From positions 1 through 24,379 of the forward strand of contig JAITKH010000367.1 in assembly GCA_031278535.1 (NCBI GenBank): a DNA stretch of 24,379 nt, given 5' to 3'. The DNA is from Planctomycetota bacterium. Its GTDB lineage: Bacteria; Planctomycetota; SZUA-567. Position numbers and translations under genes: made by a program. The notes under the pieces are model-generated. The model was not told the origin of the DNA. It searched no databases and saw nothing but the letters and a program-made list of their open reading frames with translations. Positions 1-7,956 of this stretch are shown in pieces; position 1 is the stretch's first letter, and every line of letters begins with the position of its first letter.

Positions 1-241
1 GCCTGCCGGTGGCCTGGGTTGTCGGGCAATCGACAAGTTCCAGCAGCGACCGGAGCTTGCCCTTCAGGGAGGAACCGGGAATATAGGGCAGGTTGGTAAT
101 GGGGTGGCGGATTATGGGATTGTCCGTCTCGCCGATGCCAACGGAATCCTTGGAGCCGCCTATCCGCAGCCCCGATTCCAGCACCTTCAGCGTGCCCCTG
201 AATTCCTCGATTCGCAGCAGCCTGATGACGTTGTTGGGCAT
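1..241 (-). CDS. csm3: Type III-A CRISPR backbone RAMP Csm3 (Cas7 family), 5' part; runs off the left edge
   Basis: Not in the ORF track; translated by hand from ATG at 241 (RBS GGGAGG upstream): MPNNVIRLLRIEEFRGTLKVLESGLRIGGSKDSVGIGETDNPIIRHPITNLPYIPGSSLKGKLRSLLELVDC. Contains the Csm3 motifs GLRIGG, DNP.IR.P and PYIPGSSLKGKLRSLLE. The catalytic Asp of the DNP motif is present (D40). Confidence 0.93.
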   Translation of the reverse strand, partial: MPNNVIRLLRIEEFRGTLKVLESGLRIGGSKDSVGIGETDNPIIRHPITNLPYIPGSSLKGKLRSLLELVDCPTTQATGR

Positions 242-259
242 GGCGGCATCCCTCCCGGT

Positions 260-964
260 TCAAGACGGTTTTTTGAAATAACAGAGGATATTGGTTACAT
301 AGCGGAAAAACCCGAGCATTTCCCGGGGATCGGCGAGAACGATGTCCCGGTGGCGATCAAACAGGTCCTTGACCACCGGGGGCAGAACGCCCCGCTCGAC
401 CGCCCTCACCACCCGCTCGACATAAAGGACGCCGAATTTTTCCCTGGCCCAGAAAAATGGTTTTTTGTTGTCCCGCAGCGGAAGGGCCAGGGCCTGGAAT
501 TGCTGGAAAAGGCCGCGATACTGGGTAGGCTTCACTCCGCGCTCGAAAATTTCGGCCGCATCCCGGGCGGCATCGAAAAAAAGGCGCTGATCAAGGAAGC
601 CGTCGGCCCCATAAAATGAGGTGAAAACACAGGTTTCGGGAAGGATGCCGCCAAGGGCGCCCGTCCGCCCGGAAGCGGCCGGACGGGCGGCGGGCGGGTT
701 CCTGCGGGCAACGCCGGACCGATCCTGCCGCAAAAGAGGATGGCCGGGGTCGAGCGGCCCGGTCACGCGGACATTTTTTGCCGCCGGGCGATCATCCTTC
801 CCCTTGCCGATGTCAAACTCCACCGGCGATCCCGCATCCAAATCGTATCCGGCGTCATTCACGCCCGAAACGTGGAAAAACACTTCCGGATTCGACTCCG
901 CGGCGATAAAACCGAATCCCTTTTCCTTTATGAACCTGATCACCACGCCGATTTCCCTGGGCAT
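260..964 (-). CDS. csm2: Cold-shock domain fused to type III-A small subunit Csm2 (Cas11)
   Basis: N-terminal ~68 aa has CSD RNP1 KGFGFI, RNP2 VFFHVS and the closing AAKNV strand. A Pro/Ala/Arg/Gly-rich linker follows, then a helical C-terminal domain with a Csm2-like PTQYR.LF (T.Q.R.F) motif and FFRYVTNILCYFKK tail. Lies between cas10 and csm3, the canonical csm2 position. Start set at ATG 964, 7 nt after GGAGG. Confidence 0.88.
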   Translation of the reverse strand: MPREIGVVIRFIKEKGFGFIAAESNPEVFFHVSGVNDAGYDLDAGSPVEFDIGKGKDDRPAAKNVRVTGPLDPGHPLLRQDRSGVARRNPPAARPAASGRTGALGGILPETCVFTSFYGADGFLDQRLFFDAARDAAEIFERGVKPTQYRGLFQQFQALALPLRDNKKPFFWAREKFGVLYVERVVRAVERGVLPPVVKDLFDRHRDIVLADPREMLGFFRYVTNILCYFKKPS

Positions 965-981
965 CTTCACGCCTCCGTTCT

Positions 982-3354
982 TCAGCCCCGATTGGCGGCC
1001 AGGGCATACCGGCAGACAAAACCCGCCGCCGGCATTTCCGCCGTCCCGGCCGGCGTCGCCAGCCTGGCCGCCCAGTCGCGCGCCTTCCTTTCCTCCTCGG
1101 TCCCTCCCCGCCAGGCGCGGACCAGATCCCGGTTCAGCCGGGGAGCGTATTCGAAATATTTCGTGTCACGCGTACGCTGAAAATTCCCGCTCATTTCGGC
1201 ATAGCCGAGGAGGCGCCTGATCTGGCTGGCTGACACCGTACCGTCGCCGAGCCAGCGGCCGAGCTGTTTGGCTTCGGCTAGGGCCTTGGCGAATTCGCTC
1301 CAGGGGAGCGACACGGACAGGGCGCTGATCCGCCCCTTGAAAGGCTGTCCCGCCATTTCGGACAGCGCCTGGAGCGCCACGCCTCCCCGGCCCGGAGCCG
1401 TCTTGGAGGCGTCGAGAAGCTGTTGGGCTTCCGCCATCGCCATGGTGACAGGCACGTTAACCGGCGCCACCGCCAGGCCGGCCGACAGATCCCAGGCGGG
1501 ATTCGACCCGGCATGGCGCCGCAAATCGCCGCGCAGGCGCAAGGCGAAATCGAAAACAAGGTTCCACGGGCCGATGGCGGCCACATCGTCGCCGCCGGAA
1601 TACAGCATGTAGATCGAGGCAAATTCACCGCCTGCCAGCAGTTCCTCCACATGCAGGCTGAAAAACGCCTCAAGGCTCCGGGACAGGGCCGCCACCCGCG
1701 AAATGGAGGCGTTCCCGCCGAACCCCTGGTTGAAAACATACCCCAGGTTGTCAACGTCAACCTTGAGGTAGCCCAAATATTTCTGCCCAAGCGCCAGTTG
1801 TCCCAGATCGGAAAACTCGATCGGTCCGTCGCCGCGGCAGGGAACATGCCTGGCCTTGGGCATGGCGATCAGGGGGATCTCCGGCGCCGCGGCCGGATCG
1901 AACCGGCCAAGACAGGCAAGTATGGCCGCCCCGTTCCCTTCTTCTCCGGACAGGAGAGAAAAGGAACCGATGGGCGCGGCGTTGTCGCCGGATCTGTCGT
2001 CATGAAACGCCACCCGGCCGGCCACGGTGATCGCCTTGCCCAATTCCCTGTCGGCGGCGCATTTTTCGCAAATTCCCCCGGGATGGCTTCCTTCCGGCAT
2101 TTTCCCGCAATCGGGACACAACCTGTCGGCATGGGGAACGCCGCCATCAAGGACGAATCCCTCCTCCCGCCAGCCGCTATCATCCTGCAGGATGGCGGCG
2201 GCCTCGCGGGTGCGCTCGGCGCGGAATCGCGCGGCCAAGCGATCGGCAAGAGCGTCGAAGGCACACAGTTCGTCGTCGGAGGCGGCAAGCCAGGCGCGGG
2301 AAAGGCTCAACCCGGCGCCGGATTCGCGATACAGCCATTCCGACGCCTCCTTCCACAGGGCGTCGATGCCGGCGGCGACCCAGCCGGCATTGGGCAGGAG
2401 CAGGTGGAATTTTCCCCCGGCCCGCATGACGCACTGGGTAACGGGGAGCCGCAGGCGCCGCAGGATGGCGAGCATGAGACAGTCGGCATAGGCGGAAATG
2501 TGGAAGGACCTGGCCCTGAGCCGCCTGGCCAGGCGGCCGTGGCCGGCATGGACGTCAAAAATGTGCCGCTGAATGCCGTCCAGGCCGCAGGCCAGCAGCA
2601 GAAACGGCTTTTTCCCGTCCTCGGCCCAGCGCCTGGCCACCGCAATCGCGGCGGTGGTCTTCAGGTGATCGAAAAGGGAAATGTCTGGCCTGGCATTGAC
2701 GGCGGAAGGCACGCACCAGGTGAAATGCTCGAGGACCGCGGAGGCCCGGTCAGCGAACCCGATGGGTGACGGGCAGCGGTTGGCGTCCCAGGCGGCGACG
2801 AATTCCTGCCACAAGGCGGCGTATGACGCCGTCAGGTTTTCTCCGTCGTCCGACTGGACCGGGAAACAGGCGCTGCCGGAAAAGGCGCCGATATCGAGCC
2901 GGCCTCCGTCCCGGGCGGCGTCGAATTCCCCAGGAAATACCGTGGCCAGTGGCGGCAGCATCCTGGTCACGCGTATGCCCGGCCGTCCGGCCTCTTCCGC
3001 CGGATCGCGATCAAGGCGTTCCATGCCCGACGACAGGCGATCGGCTTCCGTCACCAGGCGCTGTTCCCCGTTGTCGGGACGATGGTGACAACAGGCCAGG
3101 TTGGCTATGCGGACGGAATTCAGTCCGGCCGGCCAGAAATGATCGGCCAGAAAAAATTCGTTTGTATAGAGGACATGCCGATGCGAGTACCGGCCTTTCC
3201 GGACGGGACAGACAATGCCTTCCAGCCCCAGGCTTTGGGGGCTCAGCCCCGTTCCCGGCCCGTTGGCCCGTTCCAGGAACTTGCCGATGTCGTGAAGAAG
3301 GCAGGCCAGCGCCAGTTCCGCGGTTTCCCCGGGATCGGCGGGATATTTTTCCAT
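982..3354 (-). CDS. cas10: Cas10/Csm1 large subunit of a type III-A effector complex (HD nuclease + cyclase Palm domains), ~790 aa
   Basis: LLHDIGK HD motif (HD at 3289-3294), CHH and ADRLSSG HD-domain motifs, CPDC...CEKC Zn ribbon, YLKVDVDNLG and YSGGDD (GGDD at 1585-1596). Start moved to ATG 3354 (MEKYP), preceded by GGAGAG. Confidence 0.96.
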   Translation of the reverse strand: MEKYPADPGETAELALACLLHDIGKFLERANGPGTGLSPQSLGLEGIVCPVRKGRYSHRHVLYTNEFFLADHFWPAGLNSVRIANLACCHHRPDNGEQRLVTEADRLSSGMERLDRDPAEEAGRPGIRVTRMLPPLATVFPGEFDAARDGGRLDIGAFSGSACFPVQSDDGENLTASYAALWQEFVAAWDANRCPSPIGFADRASAVLEHFTWCVPSAVNARPDISLFDHLKTTAAIAVARRWAEDGKKPFLLLACGLDGIQRHIFDVHAGHGRLARRLRARSFHISAYADCLMLAILRRLRLPVTQCVMRAGGKFHLLLPNAGWVAAGIDALWKEASEWLYRESGAGLSLSRAWLAASDDELCAFDALADRLAARFRAERTREAAAILQDDSGWREEGFVLDGGVPHADRLCPDCGKMPEGSHPGGICEKCAADRELGKAITVAGRVAFHDDRSGDNAAPIGSFSLLSGEEGNGAAILACLGRFDPAAAPEIPLIAMPKARHVPCRGDGPIEFSDLGQLALGQKYLGYLKVDVDNLGYVFNQGFGGNASISRVAALSRSLEAFFSLHVEELLAGGEFASIYMLYSGGDDVAAIGPWNLVFDFALRLRGDLRRHAGSNPAWDLSAGLAVAPVNVPVTMAMAEAQQLLDASKTAPGRGGVALQALSEMAGQPFKGRISALSVSLPWSEFAKALAEAKQLGRWLGDGTVSASQIRRLLGYAEMSGNFQRTRDTKYFEYAPRLNRDLVRAWRGGTEEERKARDWAARLATPAGTAEMPAAGFVCRYALAANRG

Positions 3355-3391
3355 GGGCGGCACTCTCCATCCCCGGTCCAGACCGCGCGCC

Positions 3392-4345
3392 TCAAAGCGA
3401 ATCGTCCGACGCCAGTATCCGGCCCAGTCCGAAAAGGGCGTTCTTGCCCACATGCACGTATTCGCCAAGGCGGAAGAGCGGCTCCAGGACGCCGAAATCC
3501 CCTTCCCAGCGCAACCAGCCGGTCACGCCGCCGACCGGAATGTCCCGTTGCTGCCGGGTGCTGTGCCGCCGATGCTCGTTCCAGGCGGTTTTCCTCTCCA
3601 GCGGAACCGCGCCGGCAGCGGCGGGCCGGTAGGCTGGCGCGAGGATTTCAGTATATCCGTCCCCGTAAAAATACCGCAAGAGGAAAATGCGCCTGGCAAG
3701 CGCCTCGGCGATGTCCGGCAGATCGGGCGCGCGGTTTATCCTGCCGGCGGTCTGGATCCGGAGCGGCGTGACCAGCCTGAGGGAGAAACGACAATGCCGC
3801 GACTGCCCCGGCGACAGGCCCAAAGCGGTGCCATCGGCGGCGGCCGCCTTGCCGCCCGGCATCCATCGTTCCTGTCCGTTCTCTCCAAAAATTCCCAGCA
3901 GATCATACCGCACCTTATCGCTGCCCAGACCGGCGGCGCCCAGGTCCTGGAAGGCCAGGGCAACATAGGGAAGATATTCCAGCGCTTTTCCGATCAGAAT
4001 GAAGGAAAAACGAATTTTTGTCCCCGGCTCCGGTACGCCGGGAGCATGGTCCGGCGATTCGATGATCAGGGGATGGGGGGCATGGGGATACAGGCGCATC
4101 ACTTCCGAAGCGGGAGGAACAGGAGTCTCGAACAGGTAGCTGTAGGGACAGACGGTGAACAGGGCGCATCCGCCACATGTTTCCCGGCGCCGGGAGCACG
4201 ACAACCGGCGCAACGCCAGGCCGAAGCCGCCGCGGAGGGTTTGGCCCCAGCGTCGGGAAACCCGGCCGGAGGTGCGGAAGGCGATCTCGCAGACGAATCG
4301 GTCCAGCCGCAGGACCGGAACGATCCCGGCGTCCGGGTCAGCCAT
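3392..4345 (-). CDS. cas6: Cas6 pre-crRNA processing endoribonuclease (subfamily with N-terminal Cys4 cluster)
   Basis: C-terminal Gly-rich loop GEYVHVGKNALFGLG; TLRGGFG.AL, PHP.IIE and TPLRI motifs; Cx6Cx2Cx5C cluster. Start overlaps the upstream CARF gene stop by 8 nt. Confidence 0.92.
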   Translation of the reverse strand: MADPDAGIVPVLRLDRFVCEIAFRTSGRVSRRWGQTLRGGFGLALRRLSCSRRRETCGGCALFTVCPYSYLFETPVPPASEVMRLYPHAPHPLIIESPDHAPGVPEPGTKIRFSFILIGKALEYLPYVALAFQDLGAAGLGSDKVRYDLLGIFGENGQERWMPGGKAAAADGTALGLSPGQSRHCRFSLRLVTPLRIQTAGRINRAPDLPDIAEALARRIFLLRYFYGDGYTEILAPAYRPAAAGAVPLERKTAWNEHRRHSTRQQRDIPVGGVTGWLRWEGDFGVLEPLFRLGEYVHVGKNALFGLGRILASDDSL

Positions 4346-5807
4346 TGTCGGCTTCGAATTTCTCGAACGCCAATGTTTTGGCGCCGTCCCTGGTGCTGTT
4401 CGGCAGGCCGGACGGAAGGGGATGCCGCTTCAAATAGTCGTCAAGCGTCCTTTCGGCCGCGTTTTTCAATTTATTGCAATCTTTCTCCGGTATGTTTTTC
4501 TCCCCGTGGGCGAGGATGGACAGGTTCCGGGCCTCGCCGATCTCTTTCAGGTACTTCAGGTATTTGTCGTCTTCCGGGGTGGATTGCCCCGGGAGGCGTT
4601 CATCAAGCGCCAGCAGGAGAATCGCCGTGTTTATGAAGGCGAGCTTGTCCGGAAGGCTGTCCTCGCTTCTCTCGGCATCCAAATTCCGGCTAATGGCACA
4701 ATAGCGTTGCCGCAACGCTTCCAATTCTTTCTCGTTCCCTGCCAGCAGGCTGTAGTCGACGCGGGAGGGTTTCAGTCCCGGATGGCTGCCGGCCAGGAAC
4801 GACACCAGGCTTCCTTCCAGGCAACGATAGAAAAACAGGCTGGAAAAGTCGAAGCGCCTGTTTTCCAGATGATGAAGGCCAAGAAGGTAAAACGTCAGCA
4901 GCGTCGCGGCGGGCGGTCGCTCCTCTCTGGAAAAATCGCGGAGAAAATCCATCTGCCGGCGGAGGCGCCCGATCTGCTCCGGCCGCATTTCCTGGCAAAC
5001 AAAATGGGTTTTTAGCTGTGCCTCCACCTTGTCCAGTGCCTTGGCGACGCCGGCGATGTCCATGTCGCACCAGGCCGCGTACATTTCGGCCAGCCGGCTC
5101 TTGAAGCGGACGAACTGGCTTCCGTTCTCGATCCGGTCCGCCAAGTCGCGGTACTGCCCGGCGGCCTGGCGAAAATGCCCGCGACAAAAAATCAGGTCGG
5201 TTCTCTCCTTTTCCTGTTCGCCGAAAACGGCGACGGGATTCGGGAGCAGCATGACGCGTTCCATGCCCGGTTCATCCGGGCCGCGAATGGCGGGGTTGTA
5301 GGATCTGTTATCCACATAGCAAATGTCCATGCCCAATTGCCAGGCGGCGAAGGCGGCCGAGGCGCTCATCACTTTTTTGCCGCCGGTTATGTCCATAACC
5401 CCCTCTCCTCTTCCCACGCCCGCATCTTTCATTTTATCCCTGATTTTCTCATAAATTTTCAGCGGATCCGTGGACTCGCAGTGATCATGCGCAAAATCGC
5501 CATGTTGTATCGAATCGCCCAATCCTTTATCAATCCAGTTGATTTCGGCTTCACTTTCCTTCGAGGTCAGGACATACAGCTTTTGCGGTTGCAGGACGCG
5601 GCAGGCGATGACGGTGGTTTCGGGGGTGAAGCCGCCGAGGCTAATCATGAGACGATAGCGACTGGATCCGCGGATATCCGGGGAATTCTCCTTGACTTTT
5701 TCAATCGCCCAGTCCAGCAAATGCTCGAAGAAATAGGCCGTGCGTTCCCGATTGTCCTTTGTTTCTTTCCAAGTCCGGATCTTGTCGGCCAATGCATCCG
5801 TAGACAC
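4338..5807 (-). CDS. CRISPR-associated CARF-HEPN effector (TIGR02710/Cas_Cas02710-like, Csm6/Csx1-type), predicted cOA-activated RNase, ~489 aa
   Basis: CARF motifs LMISLGGFTPE and MDITGGKKVMSA, a helical middle region, and C-terminal YRCLE plus HEPN R-x6-H motif RNLSILAHG. Start set at GTG 5807 (RBS AAGGAG 5 nt upstream), consistent with the promoter at 5839-5866. Confidence 0.87.
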   Translation of the reverse strand: MSTDALADKIRTWKETKDNRERTAYFFEHLLDWAIEKVKENSPDIRGSSRYRLMISLGGFTPETTVIACRVLQPQKLYVLTSKESEAEINWIDKGLGDSIQHGDFAHDHCESTDPLKIYEKIRDKMKDAGVGRGEGVMDITGGKKVMSASAAFAAWQLGMDICYVDNRSYNPAIRGPDEPGMERVMLLPNPVAVFGEQEKERTDLIFCRGHFRQAAGQYRDLADRIENGSQFVRFKSRLAEMYAAWCDMDIAGVAKALDKVEAQLKTHFVCQEMRPEQIGRLRRQMDFLRDFSREERPPAATLLTFYLLGLHHLENRRFDFSSLFFYRCLEGSLVSFLAGSHPGLKPSRVDYSLLAGNEKELEALRQRYCAISRNLDAERSEDSLPDKLAFINTAILLLALDERLPGQSTPEDDKYLKYLKEIGEARNLSILAHGEKNIPEKDCNKLKNAAERTLDDYLKRHPLPSGLPNSTRDGAKTLAFEKFEADNG

Positions 5808-5838
5808 GGCGTCTCCTTTTTCAAAGATGGTTTCCGGC

Positions 5839-5866
5839 AGTATACGGCGCCCGCCGAGCTTGTCAA
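5839..5866 (-). promoter_or_regulatory. Sigma70-type promoter of the cas operon
   Basis: Minus strand TTGACA (5866-5861), 16-nt spacer, TATACT (5844-5839). Predicts a ~25-nt leader that contains the RBS of the CARF gene. Confidence 0.75.
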
Positions 5867-5904
5867 TGCCAATTAGGGGAGTTCGGGGGTCCTGTCGTTT
5901 CCCC

Positions 5905-5933
5905 TTGACATGGAAGGCCGTCTCCCCTACCAT
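5905..5933 (+). promoter_or_regulatory. Sigma70-type promoter of the PPTase gene, divergent from the cas promoter
   Basis: TTGACA (5905-5910), 17-nt spacer, TACCAT (5928-5933). Confidence 0.68.
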
Positions 5934-6009
5934 TCCCTTACTGGGGAAGAACCGCCATCAAGTCGCCCAAAAACGACGTTTGTTTTCCAGAAGCTCTTCG
6001 GATTGGGCA

Positions 6010-6906
6010 ATGCGCCGGAACGCGCTCGGTGATTGGGACATCTGGGGCGGGGCGGCGGGGAACGAGCCTCGCCATCCCGGCGGGATATGCCTTCACTTCT
6101 GCCTGACCGACCAGGTCTCGCCGGCCGATTGCACCGTCCTCCTCTCATGGCTGGACACGCTTGAACAGGAACGGCGTCGTCGTTTCGCTTCCGATCGAGG
6201 CCGCCGGCTTTTCGGAATCGCCCACGGATTGACCCGCTATTGCCTGTCCCTGTGGACGGCGGCCCGGTCGCCGGACGGGACAGCCCCGGTCCATCCCGGA
6301 GAATGGCGCTTCGCCGCCGAGCCTTTCGGCAGGCCGCGCGCCCTGCTCCCGCCCGGGACGGCGCCGAAGCCGCCCGCGCCGGTCTTCAGCCTGTCGCATG
6401 CCCGGGACGCGGTGGCGGTGGCGGTGGCGGCCGGCGGCCAAGTGGGAACGGATGTCGAAAACGTCGGGCGCAGAGGCGATTTCCCGTCGCTGGCGGAACG
6501 CTTTTTCGCTCCCGAGGAACGCGCGCATGTCGCCGAGGCCGGCGATTCGCCGGAAGGGCGAAGGCGGTTTCTTCAATACTGGACGCTCAAGGAAAGCTAC
6601 CTCAAGGCGCTGGGCCTGGGAATGAACAAATCCATGTCGTCCTTCGCGCTTATGGCCGGCCCGGGAACGGCGGAACGGCTGCATGATCGGGACGGGACGG
6701 GCGGAATCTGGGATTTTCGATCCCTTTCCGCGCCCGGCGGCATGATCGTCTCCCTGGCGGCGCGAAGAACCGCCGCCGGCGAAATTCCGTACGTCCGCTT
6801 GCGGATCGGAGAATCGATCTCGGGCTGGTCGGAGCCGATCGCCATCCCCCCCGTACCGGAAACGCCGCGTTCCGGCATGGGTGTTCCGAAAAATCCGACT
6901 CTTTGA
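6010..6906 (+). CDS. 4'-phosphopantetheinyl transferase, Sfp-like
   Basis: Motifs FSLSH, VGTDVE (GxDxE), RFF and YWTLKESYLKALGLG (WxxKExxxK). Start at ATG 6010 is downstream of the promoter; the exact start is uncertain. Confidence 0.9.
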   Translation: MRRNALGDWDIWGGAAGNEPRHPGGICLHFCLTDQVSPADCTVLLSWLDTLEQERRRRFASDRGRRLFGIAHGLTRYCLSLWTAARSPDGTAPVHPGEWRFAAEPFGRPRALLPPGTAPKPPAPVFSLSHARDAVAVAVAAGGQVGTDVENVGRRGDFPSLAERFFAPEERAHVAEAGDSPEGRRRFLQYWTLKESYLKALGLGMNKSMSSFALMAGPGTAERLHDRDGTGGIWDFRSLSAPGGMIVSLAARRTAAGEIPYVRLRIGESISGWSEPIAIPPVPETPRSGMGVPKNPTL

Positions 6907-7154
6907 TATCTGCCCGCGCCGGGCCGAAATGGTGAAAATCCCTCTTGGCCAAAAATCGCGATTTCAAGTTGCCGAGAGCATGAATGAATCCGGCCGACCA
7001 TGCATTTCCCGTTTTTTCCCCGTTTTTTTTGAAATCGGCGTAACAAATCCCGCCGACTGGGCACTATGCCAATGGATATCCGAAAAACCCGTTCCGGGCC
7101 CGTTGGTCCGGGGTTGCAAACACACATGGGGGATTTCTTTCATAGGAGAAACGC

Positions 7155-7793
7155 ATGTTCCAAAAAAGCGTTGCCGCATTCGCCGTCGTCCTTTCCCTCG
7201 CCCTGCTCGCTGCGGATTCCCCGGCGGGAGAACGGAGGCCGGGCGGCCGGGACGGCTGGCGCGGCCCTCGTCAGGGGCGGTTCCGGGACGGCCGAAAGGG
7301 AGAAAGAGGGCCGGGCGAGTGGGACGGTCGTCACCCGGGGCGTTTCCGGGATGGCTGGACGCGCCGGGGCGGATCGCGCTTCCACGGCTTCCTTCCGCGG
7401 CCGCTCCCGATCGCCGACCTTGAGCTGGATGCGGGGCAAAAGGCCAAAATTGTCGAGTTGTTGACGGCTAGTTTCAAGAGCGGCCTGGAAATTCGCCTGG
7501 AAATACGGGAAATTGAGCGCCGGCTGGAAAAACTGCGCGAAACGCCCTCCGTCGCCGGGGACGACATCGTGACGGCTAATGCCGACCTGGGCCGGGCCAG
7601 GGGCAAACTGGAGGCGCTGGCGACGGGAACCCGTCGGGAAATCCGGGCCGTTCTCACCCCGGAACAAGTGGAACAAATGAACGATTCCTCGAAACGGCGG
7701 CCCGGCTATCCGTGCGGCCCGGGCCGGTGGGGATGTTTCCCGCCTGCCGATCCCGAAGACGACGGCGGGAGCGAAGAAGACGGGGAGGAGTGA
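7155..7793 (+). CDS. Spy/CpxP-family secreted protein-refolding chaperone-like protein
   Basis: Signal peptide (MFQKSVAAFAVVLSLALLAA), Gly/Arg-rich low-complexity segment with GRFRDG twice, LELDAGQ and LTPEQ (LTxxQ-type) motifs, acidic tail. RBS AGGAG. Confidence 0.75.
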   Translation: MFQKSVAAFAVVLSLALLAADSPAGERRPGGRDGWRGPRQGRFRDGRKGERGPGEWDGRHPGRFRDGWTRRGGSRFHGFLPRPLPIADLELDAGQKAKIVELLTASFKSGLEIRLEIREIERRLEKLRETPSVAGDDIVTANADLGRARGKLEALATGTRREIRAVLTPEQVEQMNDSSKRRPGYPCGPGRWGCFPPADPEDDGGSEEDGEE

Positions 7794-7799
7794 GCGGGA

Positions 7800-7828
7800 T
7801 TGCGCCCGACGGCTGCGATGAATATAAT
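7800..7828 (+). promoter_or_regulatory. Candidate sigma70-type promoter upstream of the ECF sigma gene
   Basis: TTGCGC (7800-7805), 17-nt spacer, perfect TATAAT (7823-7828) in otherwise very GC-rich intergenic DNA. Confidence 0.55.
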
Positions 7829-7956
7829 GCGCGGCGGGACAAGTCAGACGCCGGCGGCGGGACCGCCGGCGTCGGCCGTCCGGATCGAAACAGCGGGGAC
7901 GGCGTGCGCCTTGTCCGGCGGACTGCCTGCCGTTTCCCGCGGGAGCGTTCGCCGAG

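Noticed and set aside
1423-4636. Long plus-strand ORFs antisense to cas10/cas6 (1423-2769, 2766-3632, 3353-4636)
   Set aside because: Shadow ORFs expected in high-GC DNA; no motifs, and they fully overlap well-supported minus-strand genes.
5740-6009. N-terminal extensions in the ORF track for the PPTase (from 5740) and the CARF protein (from 5933)
   Set aside because: They would overlap each other and span the two divergent promoters; RBS-supported downstream starts fit better.
7035-7070. Hairpin TCGGCG-N10-CGCCGA with a GTAAC box upstream of the Spy-like gene (ECF promoter, ZTP riboswitch or terminator?)
   Set aside because: GTAAC resembles some ECF -35 elements but no convincing -10 could be assigned. 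The riboswitch core motifs are incomplete, and no U-tract follows the stem on either strand.
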